Assembly: GCF_011745625.1 (NCBI RefSeq)
Contig: NW_027191455.1
Span: 124,001-188,000, forward strand
From: Cladosporium halotolerans
Taxonomy: Eukaryota
DNA length: 64,000 bases
Reading direction: 5' to 3'
A program made the translations under genes and the position numbers. Positions 12,459 through 23,790 of the stretch are shown here, in pieces (positions within the stretch are counted from its first letter, which is position 1; the number at the start of each line of letters is the position of its first letter). The notes beneath the pieces were generated by a model. That model worked only from the letters and a program-made list of their open reading frames with translations, did not search any database and was not told where the DNA came from.

Positions 12459-12672
12459 GGGTGGGGGAGGTTTGTTGAGGGATGGGGATGATGGAGGGAG
12501 CATTTGCTTGTCAGCATGATCGATGTCACAGCGAGAGATATCTTGAGTCGAGAACTTTCTCGGAGGGCGCCCTGCCAGTGGGTATCTTGTGCGTTCTGCC
12601 GCACTTCATGTTTTGTTCTATCGTCTCTCGTGATCTAAGCTCTTGCTGGGGTTTCTACTCTTTTCGGAGCGT

Positions 12673-13712
12673 CTACTCGAAGTATCCAGGGAACAGCCAG
12701 CCCAGCTTCTTCTTCGCCTCCTCGCTCCTGCCAGCGGCACCAGTGATGCTGCCAGCAAACTTCATCTGGCCCTCGAGGTGCTTCGCAGCAACCAGATCCT
12801 TGTGCTCGTCCTTGCTCAGCTCGTCGAGAACAGCGCCGACAAAGCGCCTGGCGTTCTCCGAGTTGGCCTTCATGTTGCCCATGACCATCTCGACGGTCAC
12901 GTCGCCCTCAGAGACGTGCCAGCAGTCGTAGTCGGTGCTCATGCAGATCATCTGGTAGGCGATCTCAGCCTCCTTGGCCAGCTTGGCCTCGGGCAGAGCG
13001 GACATGTTGATGACAGAGCCGCCCCAGGCGCGGTACATGTTGGACTCGGCGCGGGTGGAGAACTGCGGGCCCTCCATGCAGACGACGGTGCCCTTGTCGT
13101 GCAGGCGCACGCCGTCGCCCTCGAGGCTGTGGCCGCACTTGCGCACGACCTTGGCGACGCCCTCGTCGAAGGGGTCCGCGAAGCCCACGTGGCCGACCAT
13201 GCCGCCCTCGAAGAAGGTGAAGGGCCGGATGCCCTTGGTGCGGTCGATGATCTGGTCGGGGATGACGAAGTCGCGGGGCTTGATGGCCTCCTGCAGGCTG
13301 CCGACGGCGCTGAAGGCGATGATGGTGCGCACGCCTAGGCTGCGGAGGGCGGCGATGTTGGCGCGCGCGGGCACCTCGTGGGGTGCGATCTCATGGTGCA
13401 GGCCGTGGCGCGAGAGGAAGGCGACGGGGATGGGTCTGCCGTCGCCGGAGGTGTGGTGGAGGACGGTGATGGGAGAGGAGGGAGCGCCCCAGGGAGTGGT
13501 GGGCTTGAGCGAGGCGACGGGAGTGAAGCCAGGGAGGGACTGCAGGCCGGTGCCACCGATCACCGCGATGGGGATGGGGTCTGGGTGTTGTTAGTGAGGG
13601 TGTTTGGCGTCTGGCATGTGAACTGAGCAGGTTCGCAAGAGACGCTGCAGGCCTCGTGGTCCAGGATATACTCGGTCGACATACCAGGGTAGGAGTCTGC
13701 GATGCTGCCCAT
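12673..13712 (-). CDS. MEU1: S-methyl-5'-thioadenosine phosphorylase; intron 13684-13581; possible upstream in-frame ATG at 13787
   Basis: 'IAVIGGTG', 'FLSRHG', 'RANIAAL', 'AVGSL', 'PDQIIDRT', 'MEGPQFSTRAES', 'STDYDCW'. Confidence 0.96.
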
Positions 13713-14490
13713 TTTGCGAAAACCGATGTGTACTTGTCGCTTGAATACGCTGGTCAGGACAGGCGGCGATGCCCTGAGGCGCAACATTGACTGGTCTCAA
13801 CTTTTCTCGCTGCCCCGCAACACGTGCTCGCCCAACTTGACGCGATGGTGGGGCACCGTTCGCAGGTCGGGGCGGTGTTTCTTCAGGCCGCGAAAGCCGT
13901 CCTTGGTCGATGTGCGGGCGTCAACATCTCGACCTTCATGGACGCATGCGATGCACATGTGCTGAGGTCGCCTGGATTCTCTATCGCGGTGAGACTGTCA
14001 TGCGAACCACGTTTGACGCCCTGGTCCGTCATCCAACCAGCCAGAACCATCTCCGCGAACGCGACTCGCTTTCGGATCAATAAGCCCAACCCTTGGTCAA
14101 AATGCAAGATAAATGCTCTCGATGGAAACGCGCTCAAAACGTCGTCTTTCAACCATCACCTGCTCTGTCGATGCCAGAATGATGCTGTGCGAGATTTCGT
14201 ATGGATTTACAGGCATCTAACAATTGCGAAGATGGCTCCAACAGCGATACTCATACGATGCTGATTCCACGCGGTCGTCGGGGATTTTGAGACACGGAAC
14301 CGGAATCAATCGAATCTCCGGCTCCGTTCGCTTCCTTCAATCACTAAGCGACGCATCCACGCCATCCTACTGCCTGCCGTGCCAGAGCATTTGTAATGGA
14401 GCAGCAGTCGGGATTTCATAGTATTCCTGTTCCTGTCTTGTTCTCACGCTGAGCAATCCCACGCGTGCATGCTACACGCTATCCACGGAC

Positions 14491-16861
14491 ATGGAGAACA
14501 CGCCCACCTCGTCAAGCGTGGCCGGCAGGCCCGCTGGCAATGCCGCCCGGTCATGCCTCACCTGCGCCAAAGCAAAGGCCAAATGCGTCCGACAGTCCGG
14601 TCAACAGATATGCGAAAGGTGCGAACGAGTCCTCTTGAGATGACCCTCGCGGTGCGGCTTCTGATCGTTTTGTAGATGTTCCCGCTTGCATAAAGAGTGC
14701 CATATGAAAGAGCCCGTGCAACGGAAACGAAGGCCCACAAAGCTCACGTGAGTATTCCAACCTCACATACCTTCTTGTGCCTCGGAATTCCGTTATATCG
14801 GATGCCGTCCATGTCGATGTCCTCGCTCTCGGCCGAGCATCCCAGGCGTATGGCCATGTTGTGCCGAGCATGGGTGCATGGGCCCGAACCGGGGCAGGTC
14901 CTGAAATCCGTCTCGTCCTGCCCAGAGGTGCCCATGTTCTGCCTTCGTTCTGCCGGCACATGTCATACTTGCCAGACGCATGGGAACCAGCTCCCGTTGT
15001 TTGCGAGTGAAGTCCAACTCCCTGTTCCTGACACAATCGTAGGCGTACCGCTCAGCTCGAGAAACTCGAGAACAAGCTTCACAGTCTCGTTCACGCCTTG
15101 CAAGCACAACAGCAAGCAGCGAATGCTGCTGAGAGCGAGAACAATGGCCACCCTTCGCCATCGACGACATCCGGTGCGAGTGACAAGGGAAACTCTACGG
15201 TAGAATACCTCGTCGCAGAGCAAAACCCACACACGGCCTCGTGCACAAGTACAGCAAAATCGACGGTACCAACGCCCACTTCGAGCTTCCAGCCTACTCA
15301 GCCTATCACAATGGACACAACCATCTCCATAGCAGAAGCTGCTGCATTGCTCGACCGATACAAGCGATTGATGGCTCCAGCGATGCCCTTTGTCGTCATC
15401 CCGGACGGCATGGACGCATGGGAGCTCGCTCATGAAAAGCCTTTCTTGATGCAGGCCATCGCCACCGTGTCATGCTTTCACGATCTCCCTAGACAACAGT
15501 TCATGGTGAAAGACTTGATGCGCCAGATCAGCGAGCGTGTCATCATACGGAACGAGAAATCCTTAGAGGTCCTACAGGGGATGCTCATTTTGATCGCATG
15601 GTACGTTTCGAGATACGATGGGGACAAAGCCAATTCGTGCTGACACTTCATCCTCCCCAGGTATCATCCCCACATTATCTGGGCCCAGCAGTCGATCCTT
15701 CTACTGCACCTGGCCATGTCGCTTGTCGCCGACCTGAACATCGACCGGGCACCAGACTCTTGTGAGAAGTTCAGACTGGCGAACGGATCAAATGCTGTGG
15801 TTCCACCGTTTTCGAACGAGGAGCGTAGAGCGTTCTTGGGCGCGTACTACTTGACCTCCATGATGTCCACATCTTTCAAAAAGCTCAGTGCTCTGAAATG
15901 GTCGCCGTGGATGACGGACTGTGCAGAAACGCTCGACAAGGAAGCCGAGTACGAAAGCGATGCTTACCTCGTCGCAACGGTGCGCATACAGCATCTCATG
16001 GAAGACGTCATGGCGGTAGAAGCATTCGAGGCTCCCATGCGATACGTCGCAAACTCATACGAAGCGGACCTGGATCGAATACCAACCCCCTCACTGTCCG
16101 GGAGAGCCAAGCTACTCTCCGAACAGCAGATCGCGAGCGCCCGCGTCGCCATCTGGACCAACTCTCTCACCGGCCTCGCCGAATCGAAATCCAAAAACGG
16201 CAGCGAACTCCGCCAGCGCCTCGACGGCCTCTGGCGCTGCGTCCAAGCCGTCCACGCCTACTTCGAGCTCTACCTCGCCATGCCCGCCGACATCTTCCTC
16301 ACCCTCCCCTTCCAAACCTTCGGCCAATCCGTCCTCGCCTCCGTCACCCTCCTCCGCCTCGCCACCCTCGAAGTCGACGGCTGGGACCCCGCCGCGCTGC
16401 GCGAAGACATCAACTACTCCACCATCGTCGGCGAGACCATGCGGCAGTTCGAAGCCGTCGAGGCCGCGCGCCCGGACGGCATCCAAGTCAACAACGACTC
16501 CTTCACCAAGTGGGCGTCCAAGCTGCGCTACATGAAGAATCTCTACGACCAGCGCTACCCGTCCGGCGCGAGCGGGCACGTCCCCGTCGTGCCCGACGTG
16601 TCGGCGGGCGGACGCCAGTGGCCGCGCGATGTGCCTCTGCAGCAGCAGCAGCAGCAGCAGACGTCGCAATACGGAGCCGCGGGGCCTGCGGTTCAGCAGC
16701 AGCCCACGCCGTCTGAGGACTGGTCTGCGAACCCGTCGGCGGTCTTCACGTACTTTGACGATGCGTTCTGGAATTCGTTCAGCTTTGACAATCTCGATTT
16801 CGCGGGTGCTGCGGCGCCGATGCCGAATTTGCAGGCGCCAGCGGCGGGCGGAGCGGCTTGA
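14491..16861 (+). CDS. Zn(II)2Cys6 transcription factor; introns 14619-14675, 14748-15042, 15601-15660
   Basis: Spliced N-terminus 'RSCLTCAKAKAKC...ICER|CSRLHKEC' gives six Cys; middle region 'EKSLEVLQGMLILIAW|Y', 'EERRAFLGAYYL'; polyQ and acidic/aromatic C-terminal tail. Confidence 0.9.
16640..16660 (+). repeat. (CAG)7 microsatellite encoding polyQ in the Zn2Cys6 factor
   Basis: cagcagcagcagcagcagcag read directly. Confidence 0.9.
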
Positions 16862-17511
16862 GTAGGTGGCTTGGAGTAGGGAGGTTTGACGTGCATTTTA
16901 AGATATCTGGACTGGCGGGTTTGAAGATATGGGCAGAATATGGGGGAATTACAGGACTCAAACAAACGAAAGAACTACGCAGCCGAGTTTCGCATCTGTT
17001 CAACCGTCACGTTCTCTCGCCTCGCCTTGTGAATGGTTTAAAACATTGCTTGTGAGAGGCAACGGACCGTCACGGGAGGGTTCAACCGTTCAATTGGTGG
17101 AGCACATCCTCCAATTCTGTGGTTTTGCCTCCACCGGCAGTCGCTTTTTACTGCCTGGTCTATGGATCATGATGGGGTTCGTAGGGTTAGGGTTGGGGTG
17201 GTCGCTCAATCGGCCATGTGTTGCGGAAGAGATGTGTGGCCATGGTGGCGTAGGCACCCAAATGACCAGCGACCGTTAATGCCAGAATTTGGTAAATTGA
17301 TCGGTGTCTGCACGGGCGAGTGGTATACGATGACACTGACAAGGAGGGAAGGAAGAAAACGATTCGTTTCATTCACTAGAAGCTACTTTTGGGGCGTTGT
17401 TTACCACGCCCGCGCCGTCACATGTTTTCTGCTTCTCGTCACAAGAGATCGATTCGTCAAGGCAATCATCAATCAATCAATGCATGATCATCATCAGGAC
17501 CAACGGAAGAT

Positions 17512-18225
17512 CTACTTCTGCAGCGGCGAGTCACGGCCGCCGCTCTTCCTGAGGATGACGTTCCTCGCGGCAGCCTTGTGCTTCGTGCGGTAGAGCATGA
17601 GCTCCGTGCCGACGATCTCGACCTTGCCGTCGGCAGCCATGCCCTCGACGTGCTTGTCGAAGCCCAGCGGCTTCCAGATCTCGTCGAGCACGGTGGCGAC
17701 GACGAGGCCGCCGGCCTTGGTGACGCGCACCAGCTCGTCGAAGCACTTGGGCCCGACGTGGCCGGCCGTGAAGGTGCCGACGCAGGAGACGACGTCGTAG
17801 GCGCCCGTCGGGGCGTCGATCGGGTTCGTCAGGTCGGCGGGCTCCAGCTTGCCGTAGGCGCCGGTCTTGCGCGCGATGTCCAGCATGCCCGGGCTGAGGT
17901 CGATGCCGTCGACGTGCTGGGCGCCGAGCTTGGCGAGGTAGATGCCGACGAGGCCTGTGCCGCAGCCGGCGTCGAGGATCTTGACTTCGGGCGCGATGAG
18001 GTTGTTGACCTTGTCGGACGGCGGCAGCTGGGCGAGGATGGTCTCCGCGATGAGAGGCGGGGCCTTGTACTCCTCGCCCTCCATCACGTCTTTGTCGTAC
18101 GTGCTGGCCCAGTCGTCGTACAGCTGCGTCATGTCCGCGATGTTAAGGTTACCGTAGGAGCGGGCCAGGTACGGGTTGTCACCGTGGATGTGCTCGTAAG
18201 AGTGGACGGGAGGTGCGGCGGCCAT
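17512..18225 (-). CDS. Class I SAM-dependent methyltransferase (WBSCR27/Methyltransf_25-like)
   Basis: 'LYDDWASTYD', motif I 'ILDAGCGTGLVG', 'GIDLSPGML', 'YDVVSCVGTFTAGHV'; ATG at 18225 in good context. Confidence 0.9.
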   Translation of the reverse strand: MAAAPPVHSYEHIHGDNPYLARSYGNLNIADMTQLYDDWASTYDKDVMEGEEYKAPPLIAETILAQLPPSDKVNNLIAPEVKILDAGCGTGLVGIYLAKLGAQHVDGIDLSPGMLDIARKTGAYGKLEPADLTNPIDAPTGAYDVVSCVGTFTAGHVGPKCFDELVRVTKAGGLVVATVLDEIWKPLGFDKHVEGMAADGKVEIVGTELMLYRTKHKAAARNVILRKSGGRDSPLQK

Positions 18226-20695
18226 GGTTGGTATGTGTGTGTGTGTTGCTGTGGGAGTTGGTGCTTTGGTGTCCGGGCTAGAGAGAAGTAGAGCGGTGCT
18301 CTGGGCGGTTGGTGCTATGGCAGGCAGGTCCGGGAGAGGTTTGGTGCAATGGAGAAGTAGGTCCGGGTAAGGTTTGGCGCGATGGACTCCAGGTACAGTT
18401 GCTTTGGATCGATGGTTTGTTGCTTTGGACAGTTGTTGCAAGGGCGGGTCACTCAAGGTCAAGCACTGTTAATACAATACTCGGTCTTCAATGGTGGTTA
18501 AGAATACTCAGAAGGAAGGGAGTGGACAGAACAAAAGAAGAAACGCCCGCGAGGCTACCGGTATTTATGCAGACTGGGACTCCTAAGTCGTCAGAAATAC
18601 CCCACTGCGACCCCTCACCGGGCGTACGAGACACGGAATGATGGGTGCCGTGTTGTTTGCTCGATTGGAGCAGTGTGGATCACAACTTGGAAGTCAGAAT
18701 CCACAGCTGGGTGAGCGAGGAGGCGGCGAGCTCCTTGGCACGTGTATGGACGAGACCTGAGGTTTCCCTGGAGTCGCTCAGGTGTCCCTACGTAATGCAG
18801 GAGTAGTGCGGTTCTGGGAGAGGGCTGAGGCATTTAGCTGCAGGAACACTGCAGTAGCCGCTCCTCGTAATAGGTGCGATGGTTCGCCCTAGGATGGGAG
18901 AAGCAATGGCGCCATAGCAACATGGGAGGTACGTACATGTGATCGTTCCTCACTGCATCTCCGTCTGCTCCATGGCTACTGGACGGACGGGATGTCTCGC
19001 CTGGACTCCTGTTAGCGTAGGGGTTAAATGGATGTAGCATGCTGAAACCCAATTGCCGAGCTCCATTGTTCCGCAGTCAAGTCCGGCGGCAATAATGCCA
19101 TTTGTCGACTGCGTAGGGATGCTTGTTTATTTTGCATCAGTAAATGACAAACGCCAACCGAGATGTGTCTTTCTCGTGTTTCCGCGGTCCAGGTATTGGC
19201 TACGTAGCTTCTCGTCTTTCGTCACCAGCCGAAAAAGTTGGGAGTGAGGTAGTTGTACGTTGCGCTGCGGCCAACCCCCACCTTGGACCTGCGGCCGGCC
19301 AAATGAGCCCCCACTTTCTTCTGTTGGTCGAGCGCATGCTGCTGCGGACCGCACGACTTGGCGTGTCCGATCGAGACGTTGTCGATTGGCTGTGGGGTCC
19401 GCCTCCGTCCGCGGTGACCTCACTTGCTTTCACGTGCACAGCTCGTCACGTGTTGCGCGTTCAACCCAAATAGAACGGAAGAATTCAATGCAACAGTACT
19501 TCTCCACCCCCCCGGCTTCAGTGGGTCTGTCGTTGGCCGGCATCTCTGGGCAACGTACTCACTCCTCTTACGCGGCAACGTGCGAGCGGCTATTCGACTT
19601 GCAAAGCGCGCAATTGCCGCAGAGTCCCACGCTCCCACGCTCTTCTTCGCTCTGCCCGAGAATGCGAGACCGGCGATCGAGAGATCTGACGACAGAGCCA
19701 TGAGATACCCGAGGCTTCTCGACCGCGGAGGTACTTCGAGGCGTTACAGTCAGCTGCAAGCCACGGCAGCCTGGTGGGTTGTCCCAAAGCGCCTCTCCTC
19801 GCGTGTCAGGTGAGGCTGCCAGCATATGTCGGCAGTAACATTGAGCCTGTCAGATGGGCCCTCGGTGTTGCTTTCGCTGGGGCGATCGCTCGGTGACGTC
19901 GATCGCGTTTGATCTTCAGCGTTGTGGAAGCGGCATGTATACAAGTGCTTCTATAGTGGAGTGGTCGCTTTGACCGACGCTAAGTAATCCCTTCGCGCTC
20001 AACCGAGGCATGCTCGTCTTCAGTCACTATGGCGGAAGTCCATCTCGTGGAATACTGTGAGCCCATGCTTGTGAAGATAGCCAGCTGTGTGTGACGTCCG
20101 CTCGGAGGATGATCTGAGAGCTCCTGAGCCTCAACAGCCGAACTCTCAACTATCCTTGCAGTTCTTCAAGCTCATACCCTCAAAATAGTCTGTCCGCTCA
20201 AACATCGCGTCTTGCAACTAATTATGTTGCTTCTCAGAATAATGTTTTTGGCGCCCTCCCTTCCTGTAGTCGAATTTAGCTGACAGCTTTTCAACTTCTG
20301 CCCACAACAACCGCCAACCTCACCCGCTACGCCCATAGCCGAACACTTCATTCTCATTTCGCTTCACTCTAGCTATTTTCCTCTGCCATTTAAGATCCAG
20401 AAAGCATTGAGGCGAGCGCATGAATTGAACAGACTATGCCATGAACATATGCTTGATTGTAAGCCATGATTACGACCACGTTGAGGATTCACGACGTTAT
20501 GAAAACCTCCACATACGCTTGCAGCTAATGTACACCCATGAACGCAAGCAAAAATGATATGCAGTCATCGAAGTCTGCCACATCCATGGACTAGCTCAAG
20601 TCCACCTGATGTGCGGCCTAAGACTTTCAGCAATCGACGAGAGAAAACGGTCGCTCCAAAGCTTAGAGCTGGCTCTGGAAGTGATCATAGTGCTC

Positions 20696-20799
20696 TTGTT
20701 ACTAGCCCATGTGCTGCTTGCACCATGCAAACCCGCACATCTTGCAATTGTTACTGGCCTATGTGCTGCTTGCACCATGCAAACCAGCACATCTTGCAA
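20696..20799. repeat. Two-copy 52-bp tandem repeat; each unit contains an inverted repeat
   Basis: Units 20696-20747 and 20748-20799 differ at 3 positions; internal ATGTGC(TG)...TTGCA-cca-TGCAA...(CA)GCACAT. Confidence 0.9.
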
Positions 20800-22137
20800 T
20801 GTCGCTAAGTGTCACAGCTTAAGGTACACATCATCTTGAACCTGCGACTCGTGGGTCGACGGCTGCGTCAAAATATAAGTCGGGTCTTGCACGGAATGTG
20901 TGACAGCGCCTCCAAGGTACGAGCCACTCGCTCGATTAAGGATGATTTATATCCCGGACTGCGTCTCCATTATTTGGATGGGGAGCGGTTTCGTGCAGAG
21001 AAAAAAAAAAACAATGTTCGTGAGGTGTTTGCGTAGCAAGGCTGCTGCTCAAATTGAATACACATGCGTGAGCACTCGTCGGACGAATTTTATCGAGCAC
21101 ACGTGCTCACCAGCGACATCGTGACCGTCGAGATCCTGGTCGGCTTTCAGGTCACATGACTTTGACCATGTCTCAAGTCACGTGATGTCTGGGATGTGCA
21201 GAGCGGCCGCTTGCCGCGCGCGAGCAGATCAAACACGAAGCTACATTAATTAGCTTGCAAAGCTGTTCCCGTCGCAGATTTCTTGAACGGCTTGGTTGCA
21301 ATGAGATTTGTCGCGTGAACAGACTAGGTGAATGCCTTCGATCATCGAATCGTGGGGAGCTTCACCCCCTGCACCGTAGCTTCATCCTCAGTGGAACGTA
21401 ATTCTCTTAGAAGTATGGAAGGCCAGACTTCTATACGCCTTACTTTGCAAAAGGTGCATTGTCTCTTCCGACAGCCCTCCAAAAGTCCTCGTTCGCACAT
21501 AGGCACGACGTGTCACGACTCTCACAAACGAACTCGCTGTGTCTGATGGGACCTGGACCCAGGCACGCGCGGGACCGGCCGCAGACAGAGCGCGGTGGAG
21601 CCGTCACATCACTGGTCACGAGCTGCGGTGATCGCCTGGGGGAGCTCTGTGGCTGCTGCAAAGTTAGACCCGCCGCGTTCCAGCTATGCTGAGGCCAGCT
21701 GTGAGCTTGGAGGAAGCCTTGGCTGGCACAAGGCGCTGAATCGACGCTGCAAGAGACGGCTTCAACTCATGCTGAGCTGCGGATGCCAATGGCTCTCCCG
21801 AAGGCCAGCGTGATGGAGGTGCGAATGGCTGACTGAGGCCGTCGCCGTCCCGCAAGCTTTCGGACCCTGGCGCTAGCGGCGGCCGCAGCCTGCCGAGCGC
21901 GGGGTAGGCTAGTTTCGCGGGGAAGGAATGGCAAGAGCGATTGGCCTCGCTCGTCACGCGAGCAGTCACGAGGGCCATTGGTTTGCGTGTGTACGTACCC
22001 GGCCAGTCACCAAGACAGGAACGTGTCCCGACCGCAGCTCTTTTCTCCCACGCCTGACTCCTCTTCCTCTTCCTCTCGTTCATCTACCTGTCCACCCATA
22101 CCATCACATCACATCACCAAACAATCAGTTGCCAAAG

Positions 22138-23220
22138 ATGAGTGAGTGTACCCGCCTTGGGATGACCAGCTCGAGCATTGGACGCTGACCGACGCCTTCT
22201 CTCCAGGTGCAATCGTTGAGGAACCTGATGGACTCGACTTCGAGCCTATCAAGGTCCTCATAGCATTGCAAGACCAGTTCGACCTGTGTGACATGGCTGG
22301 AGCCCTGGAGGTCTTCAGCTGGGCCCAGCACGACAGGAGAAACCCAGGTAAGCAAGAGTATCGCCAACACCAGACGCTACAGAACAACCCACTGATCACG
22401 AGCTCTTTCAACAGAGACCAAGGCCTTCCGTACTATCCTCGCCGGCGAGGAAGGTCTCGTCACCAGCGCCCAGGGTGCCACCGTCAAGGCCCACTTCAGC
22501 TATGCTGACGCTCACTCCCGCCTCTCCGAGATTGACATCCTCATCATCGTTGGCGGCGGCACTGATAAAGTCCTCAAGGGCAAATCCCAGCCGCTCACCC
22601 TCATCAAGGCCTTCAGCGAGCTGCAGAAGAAGAACCCAACCCGCGAGCGCACCCTCCTTAGCGTTTGCACCGGCTCTCTCCTCCTCGGAGAGACGGGCAT
22701 CCTCGCCGGCCTGTCCGCCACCACCCACCCGGACTTCATGGCCAAGTTCGAGAACATCTGCAGCAAGGCCGCCCAGCGCGACATGGCCGACCACGCCGAC
22801 GTCATCGACGCCCGCTACGTCGTCAACAACCTGCGCTTCGAGCTCGGCGAGGACGAAGACCAGAACCCGTACCTGCTCACCAAGCAGCAATACCGCGAGA
22901 AGCGCCGCATGTCCCAGGGCGGCTCCGCGCCGAGCAGCCCGGTCGAGGAGCGCGCCAACGGCGGGCGCCGCCCGTCCGCGGCTCGCAAGGGCTCCATCAG
23001 CCTGAAGATCAGCAACACCCGCCGCGAGAGCGTCCTCAAGCGCGCCAACCTCCGCCTTGGCGGCCTGCGCGTGCTGACCACCTCCGGCGTCCTGTCCGGC
23101 ATCGACGGCGCTCTGTACCTCGTCGGCGCTCTGGTCAGCGAGGACAGCGCCGAGGAGGTCGCGCGCGTCATGTGCCACAAATGGAGCAAGGGTGTCGTCG
23201 TCGACGGCACCGACGTCTAG
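22138..23220 (+). CDS. DJ-1/PfpI (ThiJ) family protein; introns 22142-22206 and 22348-22413
   Basis: Spliced translation 'FDLCDMAGALEVF', 'IDILIIVGG', nucleophile elbow 'LSVCTGSLLL', 'ATTH', 'TTSGVLSGIDGALYLV'. Confidence 0.9.
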
Positions 23221-23790
23221 ACAAGACGAAGAAGAGACCAGTAGATGCTAGAATGCACGCTGCGGTGTTCTGTAGGTTACGCCAGTCAGCGAAGGAAAGC
23301 TTGATGGCTTCGGGAAAGGAACAGTAAGCAAGGAAACGATGACATACGAGATGCCACCTCGAAGAAAAGCGTACGAGTCACGGGTATGGGAATGGGAAAT
23401 GCTATCGCGATGCTCAGCTGAGCAAACTCACCTGCAAGGAATCAAATGAAGATCCAATTTCGAATGATCAGCTCTCGTGTCCCTTTCTTCCAATCTCATC
23501 TCCTCTGCAACCCGGTGAAGGGGGTGAGTGTAGTAGGCCTTGATCCACTGTCTATGGAAAGGCTATGTCTAAAAATATACATGCGGAATGCGAACAGTGC
23601 CGCCACCCCAAGAGCGAAGTTGTATGTACCTGTCCATGCATCTCCAAGGGTCTCATGCAGGCAGACGCGAACATCAGTAAAATACATCCCCAGAAGGGCA
23701 GCCGACGCGGCCAACAAAGAACTCCCTCCCATGCAACTCAACTTTGTCTGCTCCACATCTTACAAGTCTCATTCCATCTCACCTCTAATT

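Noticed and set aside
20696..20799. CRISPR-like hairpin repeats
   Set aside because: Two directly abutting units, no spacers, no cas genes, eukaryotic context.
18500..22100. Numerous 60-150 aa ORFs in this interval and in 3300-4400 and 7000-8300
   Set aside because: No codon bias, motifs or consistent splice pattern; they appear to be random frames.
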